This document shows positions 23,684-38,535 of a stretch of DNA of 64,000 nucleotides, piece by piece. The notes under the pieces were generated by a model. That model was given only the letters and a program-made list of their open reading frames with translations. It ran no database searches and had not been told where the DNA came from. A program made the position numbers and the translations under genes. The stretch comes from Octopus vulgaris (taxonomy: Eukaryota), in the NCBI GenBank assembly GCA_951406725.2, contig OX597827.1:37820001-37884000 (forward strand). Direction: 5' to 3'. Numbering within the stretch: the first letter of the stretch is position 1; each line of letters begins with the position of its first letter.

Positions 23684-26600
23684 GTAAGAATAATGGCACC
23701 TTGCATGCTTACTGAGATAGAGATATACACTTTCTGATTAACTTAATTAATATTTCATTTATCTCTACTCATCTGACAGGTGATAGAGTCAATTTAGAGA
23801 GCAAACTGTGTCACTGGGTGATTTGGGTATATTGACTTTGGATAAACACTGTTAAAATCGGGAATTGTCGACGTTCATGCCTTTCCCAAGGTCATGAACC
23901 GACTTAAGTTAATTGAAATGATCGTAGATGTAACTGGGTATTGAAACCTTGGCTTGTGGTCTCGTCTCGCCGGAAGCTTGGCTAGTGCTCGTCATAAACA
24001 ATATACATATGTGTGTAACTGGATGACATTGATTAAGCATCTTACAATCGTTTATTTATTTGTTTTTAATATATGTTAACTAATCTCACCGTCATTTTCA
24101 ATTTAAAGGCGGTCCGGATATGCAAGGTAAATGAACTATCTATTTCTCTTGGTTTGGAAAAAGCCCTATAGTTTAGTGCAGCGGTAAGTGGGGGCAGTGT
24201 TAGCGCCGTAAATGAACGTGCTTGAATCGAGGTTCGAAACCGCTTTGCTGACTTAGTTCGCATAGACGTTGAACCAGATATTTCACTGTAACCTGCTCAC
24301 TTCCATTGTTCTGAATGTAAACCCTGTTGTAGAGGTACATTCACTTACATCCCTCCAGGATTCAACGAGATCGATCGATTCACTTGACACACACTCTCTC
24401 CCTATCTTTCTCTCACATACACATATTGGTTTCGTTTTCGTAAGTCATGATGCTCAACTTATTTCTTTAGAAATGATAGAACTACCGTACTCTTTTCAGT
24501 GTTTTGTATTCCCAGTCCAAATCCTGCCGGAAGCCAATTCTACCTTTGATCCCACCTTAGTTGACAATGTACTAGGGATATCGATTAAACCTGTTCAGCT
24601 TATCTCTTTCTCTGTGTGGTGCTAAAATAATATTTCATTTTTCTTGCTGTATGTGCGCTCTTATTTTTATTACAAAAATTCACTTATATCATATGTGGTA
24701 ATCACTCCTAAAAGGGATAGTCATCTTCCGGTGATTTTGTCTCAATTGCTGGTTGCAGCACGTTGAAATGCACGCTTCTTTGGGAGTTAGCAGGGTCCAT
24801 CATCCCATTGAAGGATCCCTTTAATAGTGATAAGTCAGTCACTGTCCGCTGATATGTAGGGAACCGTCTGCATTCCTTTTGTCACGGATATAGTTTACAG
24901 TTGTTAGTAAACGAAATAGTAAGATACTATTCGTGTGCAGAGTTTTTTCAATATTTACAGTCGCGTGAAAGTCTGTGCCAAATCTATTTAAATAAATATT
25001 TATAAACTGTACGTTACCGTACATTTATTATTATGCCATTTCGTCACTGAATTCATTATCCAGCAATCGCATCTATCAATTACATTGATATGTTGAAATA
25101 CATTTTATTTCGTCATATTTCACCAATAAATCTTATCCTATCGAACCAATGAAGGAAGTCTCTAAGCTTCCCTCATTGTCCTGCCAGATAAAGCAGCCAA
25201 ATCTGCCTTGAATCACATCCTTTCACTCAACCAACTATGGAATCTCTAGGTTGTTGTCCGACCTATTAGAAAGAGTAGCAAAATCTCCCTCATGATACTG
25301 TACTGTCTTAAAAAGGAAAGGACACATTGGATAATGATATACCACAGATGACTAGGATAGTCATGAATGGAACACCTTTCCTCTTAAGTCTGTTCAATGA
25401 AGACTGAACTGTGGCTACACAAGAATAACTGATAGTTCATCATACAATACATTGATATATATTGGACGAACATTTTATATAGCCTCGTCGCCATGTTCTG
25501 TGAGGTCGCTACCGTACTTCCTCTCTTTATCTCTTTCTCTATAATTTTTTGTAATTATTATTTCATTTATGTAATTAATCATATTTACTTTTTAATTTCT
25601 TTCTTATCAAAATGTATTCGACCAAAAACAGAAGTACCTAGGGAAAGGTGCTAATTTTTTAGATATTTATTTTTAAGCTCCGCTAGTAATTAATGTCTTT
25701 ATTTTTTGCGATGTTATAAGTGGTCCTACCAACTGTGTGTGTATGTGTACGTGTGTGTGTGTCTGGTTGCCTTGTTAGTAGTAAGGAGAGAGAGGAGATG
25801 GTTGACTGTTGTGTTTTCTCTGCTTAACTCCCTCTACATTGAAATACCCGGGTAATTATCTTCTTTTTCCCCTACCGCTATTCGCTTAATCAGACTGTGT
25901 TTCTATACATAAGGTGTATGTGTATGGTACTTTATTATAAGGTTTAAAAACCACAAGACTCTAACTGTGGAAGATTTGCTTGAAAGATCTTTTGAAACTC
26001 TGGTTTCTACTCTGTAATACACAGTTAAAATACTTACCTAGGACTATTGCATATTCCATAGTCAAAATTCTTGATTTATTTAATTGTAGGCATTTCTCTG
26101 TGTATCAATGTCTATATATGCATGTCTGTTGATTTGATTTGTAAAGTCATGTAAATATCAGATGAGTTAATGTTTTCGTTGCGTTTGTTTTGTGGTTCTG
26201 TTTTTGTTGTTTTGTTTTTTAAGACTGACCAAATCATATCAAATACAAATTTGTTCGGAATTAGTAAGATTTTGTTGGAAAGTATAATGACAATTATGTC
26301 TGTAGATACTTTGCTCTTTCTAATATATATAATGAAAAATACTTGTTACTCCTCTGGCACATACAATCTGTGTGTAATGTATTGATTGCATTGTTGATGC
26401 ATTTATAGAACTCAACACTAATTTATGTCTTTCTACTGACAATGTTACCGTGGTATTTAGCTATTGTTATTTAGCATGAGATCGTTTCTGTCCTTGCCGT
26501 AGGATCGAACCGCGCACATCATACTTTGCCTTCATATATCTCCGATTTCCTCTCTATAAAAGAAATTTCTTGTAAGAATGGACTTTGTCTCTCATCCCAT

Positions 26601-28654
26601 TCTCATCCTTGTGACGATATTTCGATTCCGGCTTGAAACAATTACGCTACTCATGCTGTTTGCATATGAATTAGAGTGTCTTGTAGCAAGAAGTGTTGTC
26701 TACGTTTCACGTGGTTCTACTTTACCTTTCATTTTGACTTCGACGAAATTACGGTGCTTTCCAGTTATTGGCAGCCAACCATTTATTTACAAATGGATTA
26801 GTAAATAAACTATTATATACTCGAGGTGTGTGTAATAAAGCTGATCGGCAGACTTTCAGAATAGCTATCACTACCTCATGGAGAAGGAAAAGGGCAATGA
26901 ACCGGGTGATGGGTCAATAGTTTATTTACTAATTTCCTTTCGTAAAGAAAAGAAAAAGACCGAAATTACTTCTATTAACAGCCAACGAGAGAGCATCTAC
27001 TTGATCACACGACTTGTTAGAAATAGTAGCCAAATCTCCTTCAATCATCATTTTAAAAATGGAAATACAATTTGGTTAATGTTATCTAAGATGGATCAAA
27101 CACTAACGGAGGGATGATCGAGACTGGAATGCCTTTGATCATGCTTACTACCTTACAAATATTAAGCTGGTCGGTAATCACTTCTTGAGCCGATGAAGTT
27201 AAATCCCAGTTCTGGAGTTGATTTAATCCACTACAGCCCCTTACTGCTTTATATCCATATAGTTATCTGTTTTGTTTATTTATTTTAGCATTAATATTGA
27301 TAATTTCCTTTAGATTAGCATATATATATTTGTGTGAGTGTGTTTGTATTCTATTTTCTGTTATTAAATTGTGGTCCATCTTCATCGCTCAACCTGCTAG
27401 AAATAGCAGTTAGATCTATCTCAAATTACGCCCTAACATCTCTTAGAAATGTAAAAACATTTGATAAGATTATGAAGTTCTTTGATGTATGACTACTTTA
27501 TAGGAAAGACTTGCGTATTTGGGTTAGACACGGAGGTAACATTTATACGTAGTAATAGTTGAACTTCAAAGCAATCGCCAACGAGCATTATGATCACAGA
27601 TAATCCAAACATGGCCATCATATAACTAGGACTACATCAAAATAACAGCCAAATGTCCCTAAAAACACTCCATCTTGTTGGTTTATTATTTCTCTGGAAT
27701 TTAAACACAAGTTAATAAAATCAACTTAATGATTGTCATTTTTGTTTTCATAATTTTGTTGTTAATGAATTTCGACCGAATCGTGTTGATATTTAGGCCT
27801 AGATTAGTCCTGATTGTGTGTTGACCAATAATCTAGAACTGTTTGCTCAATATAACCTTTTTAAGACCCTAGGATGTAATTTTGATGAGTATTTGGATCA
27901 ACCATAAAGGTTCCTCTTGTTCACACTTGTATTGACTTCTAAAACTTGTAATTCCTGTTTAAATGTTTGTTCTTGAGCTGTTTTACATCTCTGTTATGGT
28001 TAAATGTTTGTGATTCAGTATATTACTAGTTAGAGGGGCTAATGTTTTCTTAAATGTGAAACACTGAGAAATTTTTAAACATCCAGTGATTGCATAGATC
28101 TATGTCAATCAAATGGTTCAAATAAGGTTACTACACAATAATTGTACCTAAAAAGATATCTGGAGAGACCAACCATTAACAAGGCTGGGCTAAGAAATTA
28201 CCTAGAAGAGAGAATTTATTAGGGAGCAACATCTGAAGATAATTTTTAGTTTCTTCAAATAGCCAACTTTTTTTATGATATTGATACTTGTTTTGTTATT
28301 ATAAAGACTCAAAATTTCAGCATTAACTAAGAAAACTGGTAAATGGAATGTCAATGTTTTGTGTTTTACAAGAAAAATTCTTTGGGTTATAAAGAAGCAC
28401 AGACATTACTAGGCTTTCTTCATGTTGGGAAAACCGTTACTAGCCTGTGAGATTTCATTTGTGATGGAATTTGATGAGAATCTAGACACTACAAACACTT
28501 TTCTACTTAACATATATGTAAATAGGAAGATACACTTATCTGAAAATATTATTTGGTTACATTTAAACTTTTGACAGATAATGAGAGCAAGGTTGTTTTC
28601 AAGCTATTTACTTCATCCTTATAGATGAATATATATTTTTTTAATCACACGTAT

Positions 28655-29630
28655 AGGGTGCATTCCAAAAGAAGTCTTTGAAAGTGGTGTCCAGGACCCT
28701 TATCACAGCTTCCTTCATCTTCTCGATGTCTTCAAAATGACTGCTACTAGAGTTCTCTTACAGCTTGGAGAACAACCCAAAGTTACAGAGAGCAGGGCCT
28801 GAACTGTGAGTAGGGTAAGGGACAGTCTTGATGGAATTGTGGACTTGTGCAGGTGCCACTAACTTATGGAAGAACCTTTGGCCTTTTGTGATGAAATCTC
28901 TTCCTGAACTTCCTCAAAACATCTTCAAAGTACTCTGCTGACCACCTGACTGGAGGAAACTCAGTGGACTTGCTTTGCCTGGTTTTTTTGAGTCCGGCAG
29001 TGCCAGGATACTTCTATTGGGCACTCTGTCTCTTTGTTTCTGGATCATATCAGTAGATCCAGCTTTTATCACAGGTCACCAGAGACTTAAGTACTCTTAG
29101 ATTGGAGGTAATGAGTTCAACCATCTCCCTGCTGTCACTGGCATGTCTTTCATTCTGTTCATCATTGAGCATAAATTTTGTTCATGTTCAAATCTTCATG
29201 AATAATTGTGTGTACAGTTTCTGCACCACCTCCAAACTGTATGCTTACTGTCTTTATAAACACACAACAGTCTTCATTCAGAAAATTACAAATTTTCTAA
29301 ACCAGCTCTGATATTCTGACATCCCTTTCACATTCCTCATTGTCTCTCACCTTCTCTCTACCATCCTTGAACCTCTTGTACCTGCAAAAAACAGATGCTT
29401 TGGTTACACTAGTTAAGCTGTATGCAGTCTAGAGCATTTCATAAGTTTCTGAAATAGTGTTTAGTAAAGTGTGTTCAAAGTGGTTACTGCTGTCTCCTTC
29501 AATCTAGAATTAAAGTAGTTGGCAAGACAGCTTACTTGGTTGTATAGTAATGATAGACTAAAATTACAATAATATAGGGCAGTTATGATCGCCTCGCCTA
29601 AAAAAAAGTCTCAAACCTTCTGGAATGCAA
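28655..29630 (-). mobile_element. Mariner-family transposon, heavily decayed
   Basis: Inverted ends GGGTGCATTCCAAAAG and CCTTCTGGAATGCA; degenerate SPDLAPCDFWLFPKLK-like segment at 28760-28810. Confidence 0.65.
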
Positions 29631-31328
29631 TGTGAATATTGTGCCAGACATGATTCTAATTATGAACCTTTATTTCCAAACTAAGGACAACATGCTTATC
29701 CATTTGAGCATTGCCCTAACAGATTAGATTCCTAGTCTGATTCTCATCCAATACCATGTATTCTTGGAAAATCACAAACCTAATAAGGAATGGAGGTTAA
29801 AAATGTTATGTATATATATATATATATATATATACATTGTGGCTAAAATACAGGAAAATTGAATTATTAACCTTCTCATATTTGTGTAAGTTATACTACA
29901 GTTGTAAGTATAATAATAGCCTGACTGTTTTAAATGTTTGGTATTGTATTAATATCAAGGTATCTATTAAATTTACTTCAGATTTTAAGAGGATGAACTG
30001 TAAGAAATAATGTTTCCCAATAGACGTTGGGAGGCTCTAGAGCAGCTAGCCTGGTCTATGGTTAATTTAAATGTTATAGTCCAGTAATATAATTCATATT
30101 TATTTCTGTATATTTTTCATGGATTCATCATTTCCACTTATACTTTTCTGTGTTGGCATTGGTTGGATGGATTTATTTCAACACTGTCTTGTCACTTGTT
30201 GCAATCCAGGAGCCAACCACCCTGATATCAGACCACACATTTCTGCAGGTTCTTTCCACATGGATTGCAAGCAGTACCAGTGCAGTCTTGTCTCTTGCAA
30301 ACTACAGCTGATACTGCTGAATCCCAATTTTTCTTTCTGCACATACTCTGTCATTCATGTATGTTCTTATTAAACATTCAACAAAGCATCTTTAACCCCT
30401 TTCTTTTCAGCCTTTCATATTCTCCACATTCAGTTCCCATGTCTTATTACAATGCAGTATCCTATTCTGTATGCAATTTCATACAATCTATCCTTTACTC
30501 AGACATAGATCTTTGTTGCCTGCAAAAACAATAGTCCCCTGACATTTTTCCAGTTGGGTCTCGGGTCAACCAAAGCTTTCTGAGTGGATTTAGTAGACGG
30601 AGGTTGACTGAGGCCTATTGTGTATTTCTGTATGTGTGTTTCTGAATTTTTGTGTTTGTTCCCCTGAAACTTGGTGGTAAGTGCTGGGGTCAGTTCATTC
30701 CACTAATGCCTCTCAAGATGCCCTTGCATGGATGTAGTCCAATGGCTGAAAAAGTAAAAGATAAAGAGGTGTGATTCTCCCCCTCTACTGTTTCTTTACA
30801 TCCCTTAACTTAGAGGTTTAGTACAGGAAACCAATCACATGAATACCAGACTTAAAAATAAGTACTGGGATCATGGCTGCAGTCAGATGTTTGAAACAAG
30901 TAAAAGATAAAAATAACTGTACAACTCATGTTCATTCTTTCGTTTAATGTCCACCTTTCCATGCTAGTATTGCTTGGAGGGGAACTTATTTGAGGCAATT
31001 CAAGTAAAGTCTTTGAAAGCACTGAGTGACTAGTTGTAATGTTACCAATTATGTGTGAACATACCACAATATTACTCAGATATTGACAAACCAAGCCAGG
31101 CAATGTCAACATTCATACATACTTGCATGCACACAACACAAACACATGCACAGATATGATTGTGTCTTAGATGAAAACCACTAATTTGCCTGTCAACAGT
31201 GCAGATACTCTAAGTATAATACATAAATAGCTGTGTGGCACCGTGGGCCGGTGTCTTCAATTATAACCCCAAGCTGACTAGGGTCTTGTGAGTGGATTTC
31301 ATTGATGGAAACTGTGTGTGTGTATGTA

Positions 31329-31700
31329 TAAATGATACAACAAATGGGCTGAGGTTCACTACAGCTGTTTCAGATGTATTTTTTATTGATGAACAAATCA
31401 ATTACATCATGTAAAAAAAGTTTTCTTCAGGTGAATTACAAATTAAAATAGAATTTAACATTTAGGATTTTTCACACAAAGAGTATAGAATACATATTGA
31501 CTTTCTCAACTAGCACTGAGATGAGTCAGTATACATTCTATACTCTTTGTGTGAAAAATCCTAAATGTTAAATTCTATTTTAATTTGTATTTCACCTAAA
31601 GAAAACTTTTTCGTTTACATGATGATGTAATTGATTTGTTTATCGATAAAAAATACATCTGAAGCAGCTGTAATGAACCTCATTTCATTTTTGTTATTTA
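31329..31700. repeat. ~370 bp near-perfect palindrome whose arms carry hammerhead-like motifs
   Basis: 31350-31508 is the reverse complement of 31517-31682, with a loop of about 8 nt. Confidence 0.92.
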
Positions 31701-33824
31701 TAGTACACCAAACTTGGAACCTTCCCTGTGCTGGATCTTGATCATGAGGAAATATTACCTTATTTGGAAACAGGTAAATATTGGTGACAGGAAAGGATTG
31801 CAGCCATAAAAATATATGCCTCAACAACTTCCATCTGATCTATGCAAGCATGGAAAAGTGGACATTAAAACAATGAGTCCTTAATCTGGTTTCAATGTTT
31901 TTGCTCCACTCATCAACACTGCTGATTAGGTCACCTAGGTAACAGAAGCTATCAGTGAATTTAACAAGTTTGAGATTTAAGCCTCTCAATTTCAGGACCT
32001 ACTTCAGTGTTTGAAACTTGCATGTTTAATTCTGTGATTAATTTAACTGTGAGAACTAAGTCATTAGCATACAAGAATTTCCATAGTCAGCTGCTCTTGA
32101 ATTCCTGTGTTATGACCTGGAGAACTATATAAGGGCTGACGGCTGAGCTCTGATGAATACCTACTTATATGCCCTCAGTGAACCCATTAACTCCCACTTT
32201 GTTGACACACCTTTGTACATAGCTTCCACTATTTTCTCAATTCATTCATCTTCAGTTTTATTAGTGACTGCCAAACTATGAAGTATAGTTTTCTGGAAAG
32301 GAACTTCAGCATCATCACTTAGCATCCATTTTCTATGCTGGCATAGGTTAGGCAGTTTGACTAACTAGTAAACTGGAGAGTTGCACCAGGCTCCAACATG
32401 TTTTGGCTTGCTTTCTACAACTGGTTGCCCTTCATGCTTCATACTTCACCAAATTTCTTCAGCATCTCGGTAATCATCCATTGCTACTTTATCTACCTTT
32501 TTTTATATCTTTCTATCTTGCCACAATCAAACCAATAGCTTGTCTCCCTTTTGGAACAACGCCTCTTTTTCTTCATATATTCTTTTCATTCAACAATGAT
32601 TTATATCAATTTCATACCTCTTTCTTCTCAGAATTGGTAAAGACAAGTACCAGTATCATATCATATGCACTTTTTCCTAGTAACATTCAGTTAACACAGG
32701 CATATCAGTTTAGCTTCTTTCCTTGCCAGATGTACCTACCTTCAAGCTACCTCACATCATTCCTTGCTCTACCCCACCTTTCCTTCATTCCTTCTCATCT
32801 TGTCTCTTCGGCTTTATATCTTGCCTAATTGTTCTGTCACAGTTCTCTATCTCCTCCCTTGATATAGATATCACCTAATGCATGAAAGTTCACTTGGTAA
32901 AGAGATCTTTTAGCTTTTATACCTTCCTTCTACAGGTTGTCTTCTGTCTCTGAGTTGATCTACTTCTGATCCTGAGGTCCTGATTGCTAGTCAATATAAG
33001 TGGCATGCTTTTCATCAGGATGTGGTGGGGTACTTGGTATTTATAATCTCAGCTGTCTCTCTTGTTGGAAATGAAATCTAACTGGCTTGTGTTCACCTGA
33101 GTGGTAGGTGATTATCTAATTGCTTGGTTGGTTTCTGAACATTTTTTTCCTTCTTATTGTTAATGTGTTGGTGCAGAGTTAAAATTGTAGTAAACTTAGT
33201 CTGCAATATAGCTTCTATTTTCAATGAAAAAAGATATTGTCATAAGTCTTTAATGGCATAAGGGAAAACATGAAATTCTCTATTTGCTTAGATTTTTTTT
33301 TCTTCACAACTCTCTCTTCATCCTGGTGTAAGAAATTATTGTTTTTGTAATGAAGGAGCATGGTCTAGTGGTTAGGGTGGTTGACTTATGTTCATAAAGT
33401 TTTCAGTGTACTCTTGGACCAGGTGGGTTGTTGTGTCCTTGAGCAAGGCACTTCATTTTACGTTGCTCCAGTCTACTCTTCTGAAAATGAGTACCAGCTC
33501 AGTGTTGGAGCAGCTCCCTCTTCCTCTAGCTGTCCCATCCTTGACATTTGTTCAGGTCAGGGGTGGAAGCATTGGATGAACATCTATGTTTCCTTGCAAC
33601 TACATAGGCACCTAAAACAATTAGCAGAAGTATGGTACATGCAAGTAATGACTATAGTGATAGGGGTTGTAATAGAGATGGCATGTAGGAGTGTGAGATG
33701 GGATACTTTACAGTATCTGATTTATGCATCTTGTTTCAAATTACAAGTTCCAGATAGGTTAATTTTGCCAATCATCCTTCCAACTGCAATAAAGAAGCAT
33801 TAATAAACTAGTGATTATGTTCAC

Positions 33825-34195
33825 TGACACAAAACGCCGCCGCCGTGGTGATCTCATTCTTGTTCACAACATCATAAGCGGAAAGTGTAACCTCTCGAAA
33901 GAGCTGTTCTTCACTCCTGCTCCAGGGCGTTGGCTGCGGGGTCACTCCGAAAAGCTCTATCTGCGACGATTTCATCTCAATCGAAGGAGAGGGGGCTTTC
34001 TCTGTCCATGTTGTGGATCCATGGAATAAGCTGCCAGACGAGATAGTGAAGATGCTGACGACCACTCAGTTCAAAGTCTCTCTTGACCAGAAATGGCATG
34101 AACTCTTTGCATGAACACCTTCCCTGTACATAACTCCATGTCCCCCTACATGGCCTTGCTTTTTGCTTTTTGAGCCAAAAAATTAACTTAACTTA
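33825..34195 (+). mobile_element. CR1 LINE 3' fragment
   Basis: RRRRGDLILVHNII..LRGHSEKL..WNKLPDEIV..FKVSLD is typical of the CR1 ORF2 C-terminus; (TTAAC)n tail. Confidence 0.85.
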
Positions 34196-36404
34196 AGCCT
34201 TTCATTTTAGAAGAATAAGTAGGGGAATTACTTTTAACTAGTGAAAGTGGTGGTAGATATAGATGTGTGCAGCAAATGCAACTACACTGATTTAGACTTA
34301 TACATTGAGGTTGTTCATGTACAGAAACTAAGTTAACTGCAGATTGTTAGAATTATTAGGGCTTTGGATTTGTGTATTTGTTCTAGCACCAACATCATTT
34401 TTCACCTGTTTTCCATACTAGTATGAAGTGGGTGAGTTGATATAGTCTGACTCAGTTCTCGTTTAGAGTTATTGCCTTCTTAATTAGGTTGGATGACCAT
34501 ATCTTGCTTGTATGAAATGTTATCTTTCAGATGGTTTCTATAATTGAATACCTTAAAGTATACCATTTGCACTGGATAGTGTCTTGTTGCCAGCAAGTAA
34601 AGAATCCTCTCGAACTGTTCAATGCTCTCTTTATTTATTCAAGGCAAATGGCCAAGTGGATGAGTACAGAGAGAGAACCAAGGTTTGAAGGTGACAGAAG
34701 AAAGGGAATGTGATGGAGGGACTGATTGATAGGGGCGATAAAGTGATCAAGGTGGGTAAAATAGAAGCAGGGACGGGTAGCATGAAGGATGTGATGAGGA
34801 AGAAGGGTAATGAATGATAAAGAGTGAGTGAATGATGGTTAGCAATAAATAAGAATGTAGAAAGAATTGAATAATATGACTACATCTAATGGCATGGTAG
34901 GAGAGAGTAAGGATTGAATATGGACACATCCAGTGTCATCATTTGTTACAAAAATAATCAGAGATGAGAGATAAAAGGTAGTACACAATCAAGACTTAAC
35001 AGAAACATTAGAAAGGGACCTGAATGTAGATAAACATCCCAACCTCCACCATTGTTTTAACTTCCATTTTGCCAAGTTTAGATGGCTGATCACAGAACAA
35101 CTGATTTCTCTTATACCCAGATTTTCTCTCACAACATTACTATTCTGTTCATTATGCGCAATAATTTACCAATGTTTACTCACTTCATTTCTTTGTAGCC
35201 ATCACAGCTGTTTCACATTCACTACCATACAACATTATGTTTCATATACAAGCATCATATAATCTGCTCTCCACTTGAAGAGAAAAACTCCTCAAGTAAT
35301 AGCTTTCTCAATTTTTTCCACTCTGTTCTTTCTTTGGTTTCCTCTGCTTTTGCAGCACCCATTCCCCTCTGCTAATTTGATAACTTAGATGACAAGACCT
35401 ATCAACTACTTCTTGAGAGCCTTCCAAGTCATTGAAAGCATCTAATTTGTATTCATACTGTTGGTGCGCTTGTGCATTTATCATATATGAATTCTACCTT
35501 CCTTGTCAGCTTTCTTATGATCCTACTACACTTCTTGTGAGACACTGGATACACTGAATAGAATTTCTGAATTTATACCTATTCTTTTTCTATATATTGA
35601 ACAAGGCCATTTTCCTGATGGCAGTAGGGTCCTGCTTTCTTTCCTATTTACTAAAACTTATGTATTTGATAAGGATTTGCTTTCATGTCTGAAGTTTCTT
35701 CTGTAATTTACAGATTTCGCTTGTGGCTAAATGAGGTCATAGGCATACAGGGGTTCTCAACTTGCAACCTGTCTTAAACTCTTCCGTGATGACCAAAAGG
35801 ATTATAATAGATAGGAAGAAGCTGAGAATTGAATCTTGATAGACCCTTCCTGCTTGCTAAATTCATTGCTGTACTTACTGCTAACTCTCACCTTTGCTGA
35901 CTACACCTCTCTACATGGCTTGCCCAGCATTGACAAGCTATTCATCTACCCTTCATTTAACTTAGACCACCAGATTACAGAGCATGATGCTCTATCAAAG
36001 GTCTTCCCTAGATCAGCAATGGTATGTAGAATGGTTTATTCACAGATGGGTATTTCTGTTGTCTCACTAGAAAGATGGCATCTATAGTGAAGTTTCAAGT
36101 TTGCATAGTATTGTGGTTAGAATTTCTTGACATTTTAGACTTTTGTCAGAGAGAGAAAACGGTTTGTCCTTCACCTATCAAAGTGTTCCAAACATATTTT
36201 CTCTCTCTAACAAAAGATTTGGTCTGAAATGACAGAAAAATCTCCCAGTGTCATTCATACATAAAAAAATACTTTCTGGTGTATATTTTAGGAGTTTTCA
36301 TATAGACTGTTGTATAAATCATGTGAGTAGTGCTAGGGCACCACCTTGAAGAACTTTTTAGTTGAATGAAACAAAAATAAGTAGTGGGCTTATTAATATA
36401 CATA

Positions 36405-36567
36405 CACGACAGGCTTCTTTCAGTTTCCAGCGACCAAATCCACTCACACAGCATTGGTCAGTCCAAGGCTATAATAGAAGACGCTTTCTCAGGGTGCCAC
36501 ACAGTGGAACTGAACCCGGGACCATGTGGTTGGGAAGCAAACTTCTTACCACACAGCCATGCCTGCA
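36405..36567 (-). mobile_element. tRNA-derived SINE head and body, inverted
   Basis: Reverse complement reads GCAGGCATGGCTGTGTGGTAAGAAGTTTGCTTCCCAACCACATGG. Confidence 0.8.
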
Positions 36568-36732
36568 TCTATTGCGTAATTTTATTTCATTAATCTTGGT
36601 GTTACCAGGTATTCCTTCCACTAGTTTATTAATTGAACTGATCTGATTACTACAAGTAATGTTGTTGGTTTTATCTGTCACTTTTGAAATAATTCTAAAA
36701 TCCTGTCAATTTCTTTTAATTACCAGGCTTGA

Positions 36733-36954
<222 letters not shown>

Positions 36955-37589
36955 TGATTTGGGAAGGTGCACTGTCCCCAGAATAACTGAAAGGAGTTAT
37001 TCCTGGGGTTAGTATTTATTTTGAATAATTGTTGCAGATTAATGTGGTGGAGAGAGAGATGCTGTTCTGAAAAAGACAGGTTGGGTAATACTGAATCTGA
37101 TGTGGCAGATAATATTGATGTGTGGAGTTAAAGAGGTGAGTTAACTAAATAGTTGTAAAAAAAAAAAGGCTTCAAAAATTAAGGTAAACTGGGACTGTTG
37201 CAAGAAAAGAAACAGGGAGGGCACAACTCTTCTGTGAAGACTCATTTTACATTTGGTTTTCATGCTGACATGGATCCAAGTCAGTTGTTGCTCAATTATT
37301 GCACTCTTTTGTGGGCGTGTTCCATTTTTGCATGGTTTCAATGACTTGTTTCATTTGCATCCATGTCTGCCACACTCAATATCCATAGGTCGTTACCTTC
37401 AATTTTGCAAAATTCTTACACAAGTGTTAATATGATCTGTCCTTCAAAAGAGAAACTCTTTCTGACCAACAGATGTAATAGTTGTTCACTGCACCTTTTT
37501 TTGTTTTTTACACACTCTCCTGAATTGTTTAGGGTGGATTTTGTAGCTGGATATTCTTCCTAGTGGTCCAGGAGGTATTACTAGGGTTA

Positions 37590-38535
37590 TTGTTTAGCTC
37601 TACATCATGTGTGTGAACAGCCATGCTACATGGCAGTGAAACATGGGCCGTGACTGCTGAGGATATGCATAAGCTTGCAAGGAATGAAGCCAGTATGCTC
37701 CGCTGGATGTGTAATGTCAGTGTGCATACATGACAGAGTGTACGCGCCCTGAGAGAAAAGTTGGATTTAAGAAGCATCAGATGTGGTGTGCAAGAGAGAC
37801 GACTGCGCTGGTATGGTCATGTGTTGCAAATGAATGAGGATGAGGTGGTGAAGCATGACCTTTGAACATTGGGCCTTACCAAGGCAATGACTAGTGACCA
37901 GGACCTTTGGAGATATGCTGTGCTTGAGAAGACCCAACAAACCAAGTGAGACCATAGCCCATGGCCTATGCCAATGGGTGTAACCAGCCCATTTATGAAT
38001 ACCCCTCATTCATTGGACAATAAACCTTGCTTGTGAAGACCTATTGAGGCAAGTGAAATCAAAATTGCTGACGTGACTGATGACAGTACTGCCTGATTGG
38101 CACTTGTGCCAGTGGATGTTAAAAGCATATCTGAACATGATCATTGCCAGGGCCACGGATTGGCTCCCATGCCGGTGACACGTGAAAAGCACCATTCAAG
38201 TGTGATCATTGCCAGCGTCACCTTACCAGCATGTGAAAAACAACATTCAAGCGTGGTCGTTGCCAATGCTTCCAGACTGGCTCCCATGCCGGTAGCATGT
38301 AAAAACACCATTTGAGCGTGGTCGTTGCCAGAAACGCCTGACTGGCCCTCATGCCTGTGGCACATAAAAAGCACCCACTACACTTGGAGTGGTTGGTGTT
38401 GGGAAGGGCATCCAGCTGTAGAAACTTTCTCCAGATCAGATTGAGTCTGGTGCAGCCTCTGGCTCACCAGTCCTCAGTCAAACCGTCCAACCCATGCTAG
38501 CATGGAAAGTGGGTGTTAAACGATGATGATGATGA
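37590..38535 (+). mobile_element. RTE LINE 3' fragment (ORF C-terminus, repeat-containing UTR and tail)
   Basis: TAMLHGSETW..NEASMLRWMC..RRLRWYGHV, then diverged tandem units and (GAT)n. Confidence 0.88.

Noticed and set aside
32403-32828. 141-aa ORF and similar Phe/Leu/Ser-rich ORFs (47212-47604, 57823-58173)
   Set aside because: Low-complexity pyrimidine-rich or antisense-TE sequence with no recognisable domain or splice support.
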